Source: Rhina ancylostomus (lineage: Eukaryota). Taken from it: a stretch of 64,000 nt of DNA. Positions 37,475 to 49,463 of this stretch are shown here, in pieces. Positions within the stretch are counted from its first letter, which is position 1, and each line of letters begins with the position of its first letter. The translations under genes and the position numbers were made by a program. The notes beneath the pieces were generated by a model. That model was not told the origin of the DNA. It did no database searches and saw only the letters and a list, made by a program, of their open reading frames with translations. The stretch is from positions 115,741,730 to 115,805,729 of the forward strand of contig JARFYF010000001.1 in the NCBI GenBank assembly GCA_030265395.1, given 5' to 3'.

Positions 37475-39537
37475 CTACATCCTGTTTCTACTTCCTACCC
37501 AAGATCCACAAACCTAACTGCCCCGGTAGGCCCATTGTTTCTGCCTGCTCCTGCCCCACTGAATTTGTGTCCTTGTATCTTGACTCCATTTTGTCCCCCT
37601 TGGTTCAGTCCTTTCCCAAACACATCTGTGACACTTCACATGCTCTCCACCACTTCAACAACTTTTAGTTCCCTGGCCCTGACTGCCTTATTTTCACCAT
37701 TGGATGTCCAGTCCCTGTACACTTCTATCCCCCATCAGAAATGCCTTAAGGCTCCACTTTCTTGACAATAGACCCAATCAGTTCCCTTCCACCACCACCG
37801 TCCTCTATCTGGCAGAACTGGTTCTCACCCTCAACAACTTCTCCTTCAGCTCCTCCCACTTTCTCCAGGCCAAAGGTGTATTAGCACTCACAGGGGCCCC
37901 AGCTATGCCTGCCTTTTTATCGGCTACGTGGAACAGTCCATGTTCCAAGCCTACACCGGTAACACTCCCCAACTTTCTCCTCTACACTTACAACTGCATT
38001 GGGGCTGCCTCCTGCACCCATGTGGAGCTTGTCAATTTCATCAACTCAACTCCTACCCTGCCCTCAGATACATTTGGTCCATCTCCGACACCTCTCGCCC
38101 CTTTCTGGATCTCTGCCTCCATCTCCTGAGACAGATTATCTACTGACATCATTTACAAATGCATTGACTTCCACAATTACCTGGACTACATCTCTTCCCA
38201 CCCTGTCATTTGCAATGATGCTATTCCCTTCTCTCAGTTCCTCTGCCTCATCTATCCTCATAATGAGGTTTTTCATTCTGAGTTTCCTCTCCACCACTGT
38301 CAATGCAAGCCTCACCTGCATCTCCTCCATATCCCACACCTCTGCCCTCACCCCATCCTCTTCTCTTATTTACTCTCCCCCCAGACATAAGAGGGATAGG
38401 GTTCCCCTTGTCCTCACCTACCATCCTATAAGCCTCCACATCCAACACATTATTCTCCACAACTTCCACCAACTCGAACAGGATCCCACCACTAGGCACA
38501 TCTTCCCCTCTCCGCTTTCTGCAGGGATCGCTCTCTCAGTGACTCCCTTGTCTGCTCGTCCCTCCCCATTGATCACCCTCCCAGCACTTACCCCTGTAAC
38601 CGTGCAAAGTATTATACCTGCCCCTACACCTCCTCCCTCACCACCATTCAGGGCCCTAAATAGTCCTTCCAGGTGAGGCAACACTTCCCCTGCAAATCTA
38701 ACAGTGTCATTTATTGTATCCAGTGCTCCTGGTGCAACCTCCTCTACATCGGTGAGATCTGACACAGATTGGAGACCGTTTCATCGAGTTCCTTCGCTCT
38801 GTCTGCCACAACAGCCAGGATTTCCTGGTGGCCAGCCATTTTAATTCTACTTCCCATTCACTGACTTGTGCCATGGCTGCCTCTGCTGCTACTTTGAGAC
38901 CAGACGCAGGTTGGAGGAGCAACACCTCATATTCCGCCTTGGTAGTCTCCAACCTGACAGCATCAACATAGATTTCTCTAACTTCCAGTCACCATTTGTT
39001 TTCCTTCCCCCTGCCCCCCCCAACTGCTTTTGTTTTCCTTCCTTGTGGCTCCTTCNNNNNNNNNNNNNNNNNNNNNNNNNNNNNNNNNNNNNNNNNNNNN
39101 NNNNNNNNNNNNNNNNNNNNNNNNNNNNNNNNNNNNNNNNNNNNNNNNNNNNNNNTTTTGTTTTCCTTCCTTGTGGCTCCTTCACCCCTTCTCTTTCCCC
39201 TCCACCACCCGCATGACCTGCCCATCTCCTTCCCTTTTATTCCATGGTCTATCGTGCTCTCCTCTCAGATTTCTTCAGCCCTTTGCCTCTTCCACGTGTC
39301 ACCTCCCAGCTTCTCACATAATTCCCTTTTACCCCCACCACCTTCCTGCTTTCACCTGGATTCGCCTATCATCTGTCGGTGTGTGTGCTTCTCCCCTCCC
39401 CCACCCTTTTATTCTGGCTTCTGCCCTCTTCCTTTCCAGTCCTGATGAAGGGTCTCAGGCTGAAACATTGACTGTTCATTTCCCTCCTCAGATGCTGCCT
39501 GACCTGCTGAGTTCTTCCAGCATTTTGTGTGTGTTAC
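37475..39537 (+). mobile_element. Penelope-like retroelement (RT plus GIY-YIG endonuclease), 5'-truncated and frameshifted, with a 14-bp TSD
   Basis: FYFLPKIHKPNCPGRPIVS (RT N-part); VIYCIQCSWCNLLYIGE (GIY-YIG, 38706-38756); RRLEEQHLIFRLGSLQPDSINIDF. TSD aggcaggact(t/a)tac at 37461-37474 and 39538-39551. Confidence 0.9.
39437..39474 (+). ncRNA. Minimal type I hammerhead ribozyme motif in the PLE terminal repeat, probably decayed
   Basis: CAGTC-CTGATGA-agggtctcaggct-GAAAC-ATT-GACTG: core boxes intact, stem I CAGTC/GACTG perfect, stem II weak. Confidence 0.7.
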
Positions 39538-39634
39538 AGGCAGGACTATACAGAATATCAGATATTCTGTACAATGATCTGTGCATGTTTACCCATATTT
39601 GAAATCATTGAGAATTACTTTCCACCCACAATAG

Positions 39635-39834
39635 GAGTGCAAGAAAAAATAGGTGTCATGAACAAAGGTGTGGTTTATGCTTTGTGGGATTATGAAGCCA
39701 AGAACAGTGATGAATTGTCATTCCACGAAGGAGATCCTCTGACAGTTGTGAGACACAAAGATGATGTTGAAACAGACTGGTGGTGGGCTCGTTTGAATGA
39801 CAAAGAAGGCTATGTTCCTCGCAATCTGCTTGGG
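39635..39834 (+). CDS. PPP1R13B: ASPP1 SH3 exon ([34 protein letters not shown]...[19 protein letters not shown])
   Basis: Acceptor caatag, donor GGG|gtaaat, 200 nt, phase 1-0; canonical SH3 motifs ALWDY, WW, GYVP. Confidence 0.96.
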
Positions 39835-40539
39835 GTAAATATGACCCAAATATTTTGTGACTTTATAACTTTTAGACATTTTCAATGAAAATATATAGTA
39901 CCAGTTAAACAAGAACAATACTGATTCATAAAGCAGTTTAAGACAGGTGCCCCATCCAAATATGAGAAATCCTCCTATGGGTCCAGTTCACACTCGCTTT
40001 ATTTTAACATGGTGTGTGCTGATTTATTGAGGAGATGTTGTGGAGGCTTTGCTCATACATTTTAACCATACTCTTGAGTTTTATTGGACCATAAATGGGT
40101 GATACTGAAGGGTGGGCTCCAATGTTCTTTAGTCCAGTCCTGTTAGATCAGTAACTAGAGACCTATCTTTGTCTCGCTATTAACAACTGATGCACTATTA
40201 AATTTTAGAGATCAGTTACTGGTTTAAATATACAGCTGTTTCTTGTGGATCTATAGTTTTTATCTTGCATTTGTAGAACAATTTAGGATACTATCATCTC
40301 TAAAATGCAGTGACACTTCATCTGTTTGCTTTCAAAAAAAACAATTAAAGGCAATATAGAAACAGATTAAGTGCAAAATTTAAATGAAGCTTGCTTGCGC
40401 AGGCTCACATTTTGACAACTTCAACAATGCATGATGCTGCAAGTATTTACTGTGGCTGATGTTCAGCAGAGAATGAAGTAAGAAAAATTAAGAGACGTTG
40501 TGATTATATTCTTTTGCCCCCCCCCCCCCCCCCCCATTG

Positions 40540-41100
40540 TAACATAAGAACATCAAAAATAGGAACGGGAGAAGGCAATTCTGCTCTGCCATTCAACAAG
40601 GTCATGGTTGGTCTTCTACCTGTAAACCTTATTTCTCGCAAATATCTGTTACTCTTGCATCCAAAAATCTATCAATCTCTATTTTGAAAGAGATCAGTGA
40701 CTGAACCCCTAAGGGTAGAGAATTCCAAAGATTCACCATCTGCAGAAATGTTTCCTCATTTCAGCCCTAAATGGCCTACCTTTTAATTTGGGGACTGTGC
40801 CCCATAGTTCTAGACTCCTTGGCCAGGGGAAGAATTATTCAGCCCCCTAAAAATTCAATGTTTCACTGAGGTCACCTCTCACTTTTCTAAACGAGAGAGA
40901 AGAGGCCTAGGCTATCCAATATGATGGACCTACCATCCCAGAAACCAGTATAGTTGAACCCCCTCTGTAACAAGTACTTCTTGGTCTTGCTTTTTTAAAA
41001 AAAAACATTCTGCAGAACTCCAGGAGTGGTCTCACTAGAGCACTACATAATTGCAAGAAGAGGTATTTGCTCTTGTACTCTGGAATTAAAGCCAATGTAC
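40540..41100 (-). mobile_element. Degenerate CR1-like LINE 3' fragment
   Basis: IPEYKSKYLFLQLCSALVRPLLEFC; tail aacataagaacat on the + strand. Confidence 0.7.
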
Positions 41101-41931
41101 CAATTAAATTCTTTAACTACCTAAACAGAGCTTTGAGTTTCATAAGAGGTCAAAACAACAAAATCGCTAGTACTACTTTTGGACAAATACAGATTTACAT
41201 TAAATAGAAAAGGCTTAGTACTGAGGACAAAAGTCTGACATTATAAGAAAATTGAATGGCTAGTCAATGTAATAAATTGATAAAAATATTTAGATGATTT
41301 AACTTTAATAGTGATGAATCAAAGTTCCTCGGCAATCCAAATCTGATTAAAAGAAAATAATTGCCATTTCTAACTTTCTATAGACTTTAAAATAAGGATT
41401 TTAACTAATTTGTTTTGATCATTTTGATTATGATAATAGAAATAGAAAAGGATCCTTGACATCAGTGAATTTCTTTTTGACTTGTGACTCAAATCATTCT
41501 TAGGATTTTATTACTAATTATAACAATGGAGCCAGAAAAATGACAGATTGTCACTAAAATTTAAGCACTAACTTCAGAATATCCTACATCAAATTTCATA
41601 GTAGTCATCTTAAACACTTTGCAACAGGTCTAATTTGATGCAGTGATTTTTGTCTGAGGGGGCAGGAATGAAAGAAATTGAGAGAAAAAATTCCTTGTAC
41701 AATTGCATTGCTTTACTGTTAGCCTTGTACATTCTGTACATCATACTCTTAGTTGATCTACACTACTACTATTTTAGAATTCTCATGCTTGTTTTCAATC
41801 CCTTTTGTCTCACTCCATATGTGTAACTTGCTTCAGTCCTTTACCCTTTTAATAATATTACATTTAGAGTTGAAGGAGTGTATATGTAATGTAATATAGG
41901 CAATAAAAGTAATTAACTGTTTGTTTTACAG

Positions 41932-41973
41932 TTATATCCAAGAATAAAGCCTCGGCAACGATCTCTGGCTTAA
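41932..41973 (+). CDS. PPP1R13B: ASPP1 terminal coding exon (LYPRIKPRQRSLA*)
   Basis: Acceptor ttacag; conserved ASPP C-terminus; TAA at 41971-41973. Confidence 0.95.
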   Translation, partial: LYPRIKPRQRSLA

Positions 41974-42868
41974 GATTATTCTCAGCTCTTCTGATCAGAA
42001 CCTGGAGCAGACACAACACTCTTCGTATTGGAGGTGTCCTCCAACCAGAGGAGAAAGTAGATATTTGTGCTGTGATTTGGATATGCAGTAGTTTCCTTTA
42101 TGGTGCTTTTTCTTTGAACAAAGTCACATTGCTACTTCTGAAGAACATATGCCAGTGTGTGCTTCTTTGCACCATATGCCAAAGCTGGCATGTGCATGCA
42201 CACAGCCCATGTTCTGACAACCATGGGCACAGTAATGAGGTGACCTCATAGTTGGCAAGAAAGAGAAATGTTTTGTACAAGTTTGGTTTCAGAGAGGAAT
42301 TTAATTTATAGAATGGCTGTGTGTGGACTCTGATTTAATTTGGTTTTGTGATGATGCAAGGATTTTGGAATGTATGCTTAAACATGAAGGAAAATTTAAT
42401 ACTATAATTGAGACGAACAGTGGTTTTTGCAAGATGTGTACTGCCAGAATTGTTGAGATAAATGAAGTGTATGTGATTTATGGAAAGGTGAATGTGAGAA
42501 GAGCACGAGAATGTTGAAATCCATTAACCTGTGTTGTCAATGGAAATGATGCAATAACTTTTCCCCATGTTTTGTTGCAGAACACTACAGCACTTGTAAT
42601 AAGTATTCAAATATTTCTATATTAAAGAGCCTTATTTTTTCCAATAATAATTTCTTTGAAATTTTAGCTGCAATGAGCTTAACAATCTTTGGCCTGAATA
42701 CCATGTTTCAGATTTCATCATTTAAGTTCTGTTAACTGAGCACTGTAGTATTGAATGTAAATATTGTGATGTACAAGATTTTAACAGTGGGCTATTATGT
42801 ATGTGACAACTAATTTTTTCATAGTTGATAGTAATGCACTGCTTAACAAATGTTATGTAAACATGCAC

Positions 42869-42874
42869 AATAAA
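42869..42874 (+). terminator. Candidate polyadenylation signal AATAAA of PPP1R13B (3' UTR about 0.9 kb)
   Basis: Canonical hexamer about 900 nt after the stop, at the end of a repeat-free UTR-like stretch. Confidence 0.55.
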
Positions 42875-43260
42875 ATACCATGGCATGAATAGTGCTTTAA
42901 GGTAAGATTCATTATTGATTGGCTGAAAACCAAGACTTAACTGACACAGCTCAAGTGTTTGGAGGTTTTCTTTCCCTCTGGGGAAAGGGTAAGCTCCTGG
43001 AATGTTTTAAATCTACCAGTAAATTAAACAGCTCTATTTAATTCCACTGTGCATCAGAAAAGCATTTCATACCAAAGCCAGATAAAGTGCTTGTGGGAAA
43101 TATGCATGAATACATCATTCACATATTTGGATGGAACTCCCTTTATGTTGCACACTGGTGAATAGGAATTTGGCCTGGTTGCTTTAGGACTCTTAGTTGT
43201 TTGACTGGAAGAAGTGAGAAACAAGTTCAACGAAATCACCCTAAACAGAAATTTACATGT

Positions 43261-43266
43261 TTTATT
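43261..43266 (-). terminator. Candidate polyadenylation signal AATAAA of ZFYVE21 (3' UTR about 1 kb)
   Basis: tttatt on the + strand, about 1 kb downstream of the ZFYVE21 stop. Confidence 0.5.
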
Positions 43267-44263
43267 ATTATACAGAAGGTGCTTGCAATTTATACAGGGT
43301 GTATATATAGCTAGCATGAATACAAACTGAAAATGCACTTTCAATCAAGATGAGTCCTCTGTATAACCAGAATTTAAACTAATTGTGATACTTATTTGGT
43401 CCAGAAAACTGAACAGCTGGTGTGCATTCCCCTCTTCCTACCCCACCACCCCAGGTTGCATCAAATACAAATTTCAAATTTAGACTCTACATGAAATATT
43501 TCAGAGTAACCAAAGAAATAAAATTAGATTTGTACACCAAGGTCAGCTTTTAGAACACTTCTCTCAACTAGCTAGTATAGTAATAGCCTATCTATATCAT
43601 TGTGATTCACTGAAAGTAACTTTAATCCATCCAGTTTTGGTTTCATGCACAATACATATCTAGCTTTCTTAGACTATCAGTACATAATTGCAGGAACAGG
43701 CAGGGTTATGCAAAGCATCCACTATGGGGGAATTTCCTTTGGTATATCAGAATGGAATTTCTAGTGAGAAGAGAAGAACAACAATATAAAATCCAAGTAA
43801 ACTGATGGCACTTTGTGGGCTTTAGCATTTCCTGCTTTTAAAAAAAAATAAATGTAAACATTTTCATCCTTCAATCACCAAGGTCAAAACCACCTGCTGA
43901 ATACAGAACTGAAGTCTACACAAACAGTTTTCCACTTTTGCAATTAGAACTTTTATACTTCAACATTAAAATACTGCAGTGCAGTTTTCAGTTAGTGATT
44001 AAAAAATAGATTAATATTTAGCAAAAGTTTAATTTAAATGTGAAAGATTACATTTAAAACACTGTAAATTTTATATTGCACTATACTGAATATTTAAATG
44101 CACCAAAAATAGTCCTGAAATTTGCTGCATTTAATAAGTGTTCAGAAAAATCACTAATACAAAAGTACTAAAAACTGACTCTACATCAGAGCAGGAAACA
44201 AATTACTTTTCATTCCTCTTCAGGCTGACAGCTGCATCTTTGTTTTTCAGGAACTCAAATTGG

Positions 44264-44299
44264 TTATTGGTCTCTTGACTCATATAGAAGCTTGGCTGC
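44264..44299 (-). CDS. ZFYVE21: ZFYVE21 terminal coding exon (AAKLLYESRDQ*)
   Basis: Acceptor tcacag; matches the recalled human C-terminus; TAA stop. Confidence 0.95.
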   Translation of the reverse strand, partial: AAKLLYESRDQ

Positions 44300-44769
44300 C
44301 TGTGAATTGGGATAGAGATAGCCATGATTGGTGGGATGGGTGAAAGAATGGAAATAGAGGAATGACAATTAGTACAATTCAATTCTCACTCAAAAAGCTG
44401 ATGCAATAAGACTCTGAACTATGTGCTAATGCATAATCTTATGATTAAGCAATGCTGATAATTGCTTGAAATAAACAGTTGTTCCTTCCCTTTGATACTA
44501 ATATTTAAATACAATCAAGGCTGGTGAAGTGAAATAACTCCAGTATGTCATGTAAAAAAAATCCTGTGAAAATAAAACTGGGCAATTCTCATAACAGACA
44601 GGAGGCTGTCAACAAGGATTAAGAATTCCATACATATGGTGTGCAACTTTAATGATATAGTAGTAATATTGACTGTTACAATATCTCAGCTCAAAGAGTA
44701 TGGCAAAAAAGTCAGTTGTGCAATATGGAGGAAATTGGACCTTCAATCTGTATTGATCTTTTGTGTTTC

Positions 44770-44865
44770 GTGGTAAAAGTTGATGGCCAAATATTGGCCA
44801 GGACATCAAAGCGACTACCCTGCTCTCCAATTCATGCCATTGGATTCTTGACATCTACCCAAGAC
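44770..44865 (-). mobile_element. DeuSINE-like core remnant (AmnSINE1/SacSINE1 superfamily)
   Basis: Minus strand gatgtcaagaatccaatggcatgaattggagagcagggtagtcgctttgatgtcctggccaatatttggccatcaac resembles the recalled Deu core (...gatcccatggcact...gagcaggggagttctccccggtgtcctggccaatattt...). Confidence 0.5.
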
Positions 44866-45236
44866 ATTAGGATAAACATTCTGACACTATCGCAGTCAGA
44901 TATCACCATTTTCACCCACTACCTTTCTAAAGTTGTCTAATAAACATACTTTCAAAAGTGAAACTGATTATGAACTGGTCATTTCAGATTGCCTATTCAG
45001 TTTTGTTATCCAAGAATGTACCCGTTATGATAATCATTTGACATTGACATTCCCCAATGTCCTCTTGCCTTCATTCTTAATTTTCTCCAATTCTTAAACT
45101 GAATTTTGCATTAGTCATTTCAGTTGTAACATTATCACTTCCAACAAAATAGATCAGTTGCTCCAGATTAATGGAAACAGTCTTTCAAAAGTAATAAAGG
45201 TGCAAAGCAGATATTATTAAATATAATATGCATCAC

Positions 45237-45379
45237 CTTATGCATAGCAGCCAGCCAACCGACAGACATCTTCTTGTTGCTATTGAAATCATCAGATGCA
45301 CTTAACTTTAGCTGTTTTGGTTCCTGGGACCCCAAAGTTTTGTACTGGACCAGCATCCCTGTGGCACGTGTATTGCCAC
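45237..45379 (-). CDS. ZFYVE21: ZFYVE21 coding exon (GGNTRATGMLVQYKTLGSQEPKQLKL...GWLAAMHK)
   Basis: Acceptor tttcag, donor AAG|gtgatg, 143 nt, phase 1-0. Confidence 0.94.
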
Positions 45380-46404
45380 CTGAAATTTACAGATTAAGAT
45401 AAATTCTGTTGAAAGGCAAACTGCTAATGAAGCTTGCATGATCATCTTATGCAACATAGCAACTTCTCCGTAATATTTTAAAAAGAATAAAATGTTACTG
45501 AAACTTCCCTTTCAGGTAATTTTTAAATTTTTTTTAAAAGCTTGCATGAATACTTGCTTTGCTTGTTGCATTAACCATCCTCCCACACCATACTCCAGAA
45601 CACAATGATACAAAGACGAAACAAAAGGGGGAAAAATAACAATCCCAGATCGGAAACCCAGCACAGCTGTTTCCTCTACATTGTGGCTTCCTGTGATAAA
45701 ATTNNNNNNNNNNACAGTTTTAGGAACCAAGAAATAAGGATTTAAAATGAATCCAACATAACTTAGTATAAAATGTGATTCAACTAGTAAATAGATGCAA
45801 GTAATTTGTTTGGGTTAATCAAAAGTACCTGTATTCAAATTAGTAAGTAAGTAAGTATGAGTTTACAGGATTGGGTGCCCAATAACAAGAATGTAAAGGG
45901 TGGAAAATGATAACATTATAATGTTATAAACTATTTCCATCATGAATTTTCCCAAATAAACATAAATGGCCACTTTTTATTCTCTGAAATAGGTGTGCAA
46001 TTAGTGGACAATAAGTTCACTGTCTTTTTCACTGAAGATCATCACATTTGCTTCCTTCTCTCACCCAGCACCCAGTCTGTTCAGCAAGAGTTAGAAAGCA
46101 AATCACCAGCTGTAGGAACTCTGCCTTTCCACACCCCATCCCCACCAAAGTATGTCAAATGCCTTTTGGGAGCTTGCCTGAAATTTGGGTGTCGCTGAGC
46201 TCGGCAAAAATATCCAGACATTTGAGTCTATACAATTCAGCACAACACTAGAGTATTTAAACTAACAATAGAGGTATTATTCCAAAATCATTTCAGGTAG
46301 TTTTCCATTTAAGCAGATCATGTCTCTTTCCATTAATAGTGAAATTTCAAATAGCCTAAAATAACTTCAGAATATTCAGTTATTAGCAACACTATACTAT
46401 GGGA

Positions 46405-47205
46405 GATGAGAGACTGCAGATGTTGGAATGTGGAGCACAAAACAAACTGCTGGAGGAACTCAGCAAGTCAATCGGTGTCTGAGGAGGCAAAGGGATAGTC
46501 CACATTTCAGGACAAGACCCTGCATCAGGACTGAGAATGTAGTGGGGAGATGCCAGTAGAAAGAGGTGAGAGGAAATGGTGAGGCAGGGACTGGCAGGCA
46601 ATAGGTGGAACCAGGCGAGAGGGGACATGATGGGCAGATGGAGCTGGGTGGGGGAGAGGAGTGGAGTTGGGAGACAGTGGTTGGTGGGCAATCAGTAGTG
46701 ACAAGGAGAGAGAAAAATGGGAACAGATGGAGGGAGGGGAGGCTGGTGGTAAAGACAAAAGGCTGGAAGATAATAACTAGAAACACAAGCTGTAGATGCT
46801 GGAATCTGATGTGGAACCAGATAAGGGAAGGATGAAGGGCAGATGGAACACATTGGGGAGGGTATAGGAGGTGTAGTCTGTGGGCAATAGGCAGATGGAA
46901 CCTGGGGGGGAGGTGGAAGTAAGGATGTGCAGGAGAGAAAGGAGCACAGGAAGTGTGGATTACCCGAAACTGGAAAATTCAAATGTTCATACCATTGGTT
47001 TGTAGACTACCCAGATGGAATACAAAGATGCTGTTCTTCTAGTTTACATATGGCCTCACCCTGGCAGCGGAGAAGGCCGAGGACAGACAGGTCGATGTGG
47101 GAATGGGAAGTTGAAATGGCATGCAGCTGGAAAGTCAGGATGGCTATTACAGGTAGAGCATAGGTGTTCTGCAAAATGGTTGTCTAGTCTACATTTGGTC
47201 TTGCT
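46405..47205 (-). mobile_element. Penelope-like element 3' fragment with a decayed hammerhead at 46496-46533
   Basis: Reverse complement is homologous to 38760-39537; reads cagtcctgatgcagggtcttgtcctgaaatgtggacta. Confidence 0.75.
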
Positions 47206-47572
47206 GGAGCTACTAAGAGATAATAGCTAAGATGGGAATGCACATGAGTAAGTCACTAGCATGGTATTCTTGGAAGCATAATGCTGCTTTTTCTGACTAC
47301 AGCATAGAACTCATGCAATCTAAAAGCAAACAAAAGGGGGAAAAAGGCAAAATGCTTGGTTTTGGAGGAGTTTGCCTTGTAATTTACAATGCACCACAAA
47401 CTCAGCACCAACAACTGATTTCAGCTCAACTGAAACTACATAGGTTATTCCTCACAGGAAAAGCATCATTCACAAAGCAACTAGCAAAAGGTACATTAGA
47501 AGCCAAGCTCCGAAACACAATTAGGAAGATTAGCACACTGTTGTTGGTTAATTTGACAATCATACTTCTAAC

Positions 47573-47626
47573 CTTCAGTAATGTACGGGTTCTCCAGGAG
47601 GCTGGTGTAAGTGTGAATATCTTTCT
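47573..47626 (-). CDS. ZFYVE21: ZFYVE21 54-nt cassette exon (EKDIHTYTSLLENPYITE)
   Basis: Acceptor aaacag, donor G|gttaga, symmetric phase 1-1; resembles the recalled human long-isoform insert EKDIHAYTSLRGSQPASE. Confidence 0.88.
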
Positions 47627-48151
47627 CTGTTTCAAGACGATAGGCAGCAGCAGCAGGCATTGAAAAGAAGGATTAGTTTCAGGCCATTCTAATCAGGAAA
47701 ATATGTCCTCCATCAAATTCAACACACAAACACCACTAACTACATCATCATAATTTTAAGGTAGCAAACCAAATTTAATTTTTTTAAAATCCCATTTCAC
47801 TTGCATGTTTTAGAAAAACCAATCCATGTTTTGCTAATTTCCAAAACTGTCAATATAGTCCACAGTTGAGTTATAGGTAGTTTATCAGCTATTCTTTCTT
47901 CAACATTTCAACTAATCCAAACAAAAACACTGACCTACACAGCTTAAATTGAACCAATGGCAATTCCTATGAAGGACAATACTCTGCCATTTCTATCCAA
48001 GGACAACCTGACACTAAAGTTTCCTCATCTTTGTTCCAAATTCCATTCTGTTCCAGCAGAGAAATCTATATTAAACTTGGTGAATCAGTAATTTTAAAGC
48101 TGTAATTTTTCTGAAATTAGTTATCAAAGTGGTTAATGCTGAAATCAGTTA

Positions 48152-48289
<138 letters not shown>

Positions 48290-49131
48290 TTAGTAATTTT
48301 AAAGAAAAATGTTGAGTGAAAATTTTCTGAAAACTGCCATTATAAAATCAATGATCAAACAAACTATTCAAACATTTCACCTTTTGGTTTTATTATAGTT
48401 TCACCTACTTGCCTTCGCCAGTTCCCAACTCAAACTTCTGGCATCTCCAGTCCACTAACACTTTGCTCAAATGGCTGCAGTATGAAATTATTTTAAATTA
48501 TTCTGTATGAAGCATCTCAGATGATCAAAATGTATATCCTGCCCAATATGTGATCTTAAATTGAGCCTGGATCGAAGCCAATTGTGTCTTCGGATCTAAA
48601 AAGATTGATGCCAACTTTAGTAGCCGAACCGCATCAGTAAGTCAATGTGCCGTTGGTAATTAGGACTCAAGAAGTCAAACATTGAAAGAGAGAAAATTAT
48701 TTCATACTTCAAACCAAGAAAGAGACACTTAGAAAAACTATAGTCAGCTTGCACCCACTGTACTTGTTAATCAGATGATTTTTCCCCTCACAGTGACAAT
48801 TGGAAAACTTAAAATATTCCAGAAAAATATTGGTCATCTTTACTAATTCTTTTAATTGTTCAAAGCAAACACTGCTATTTTATCAATTCATTTACTTTAA
48901 GTATTTAATTCTATATTAAGTTTTAATATTCCTGCTGAATTTCAAACCACACACATGTATTTCAGCTGGTTGTACACTATCAGAAAAGGGATAACATTTG
49001 CATCTACATTTGAACTGGTAAGTTTTCATATGCTTTTCTGTTTTTGTTTTAAATGCAAAACAAAAATGTTCTTGATCTGGTTAAAGGTAACACCCACAGT
49101 TAGCACTAGGGCAGTATGGTAGCATATGGGA

Positions 49132-49343
49132 GTGGCACGGTAGCGTAGTCGTTAGCACGACGCTATTACAGCACCAGCAACCCGGGTTCGATTCCCACCG
49201 CTGCCTGTAAGGAGTTTATACATTCTCCCGTGTCTGCGTGGGTTTCCTCCGGGTGCTCCGGGTTCCTCCCACATTCCAAAGACGTACGGGTAGGTTAATA
49301 TGGGGTTTAAAATGGGTGGCGTGGACTTGTTGGGCTGGAAGGG
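49132..49343 (+). mobile_element. Well-preserved tRNA-derived V-SINE (HE1-like)
   Basis: A-box-like tagcgtagtcg, B box ggttcgattcc, V core gggtttcctccgggtgctccgggttcctcccacattccaaagac; CpGs retained. Confidence 0.85.
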
Positions 49344-49463
49344 CCTGTTACCACGCTGTAAATNNNNNNNNNNNNNNNNNNNNNNNNNNNNNNNNNNNNN
49401 NNNNNNNNNNNNNNNNNNNNNNNNNNNNNNNNNNNNNNNNNNNNNNNNNNNNNNNNNNNNNNN

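Larger units (their letters stand above)
7857..41973 (+). other. PPP1R13B: PPP1R13B (ASPP1) gene span, 5'-partial; 13 constitutive coding exons in window plus one probable cassette exon
   Basis: Phase-consistent GT-AG exons join into one ORF matching recalled human ASPP1 from [13 protein letters not shown] to LYPRIKPRQRSLA*. ASPP1-type segments ([30 protein letters not shown]) and the neighbouring ZFYVE21 distinguish it from TP53BP2. Confidence 0.96.

Noticed and set aside
37999-38676. 225-aa Ser/Pro/Leu-rich ORF
   Set aside because: Mostly off-frame reading of the frameshifted Penelope-like ORF; the RT catalytic motif nearby is degenerate (YTYN in place of YIDD).
39028-39183. Repeat ttttgttttccttccttgtggctccttc flanking a gap inside the PLE
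   Set aside because: Same gap-overlap pattern; cannot be called a real tandem repeat.
7857-41973. Alternative assignment to TP53BP2 (ASPP2)
   Set aside because: The Pro-rich and ankyrin residues and the ZFYVE21 synteny fit PPP1R13B.
47232-47663. 143-aa + strand ORF
   Set aside because: Antisense to the ZFYVE21 cassette exon and intron, with no recognisable domain.
49132-49200. tRNA-like A and B boxes
   Set aside because: No complete cloverleaf; continues directly into a V-SINE core, so it is a SINE head.
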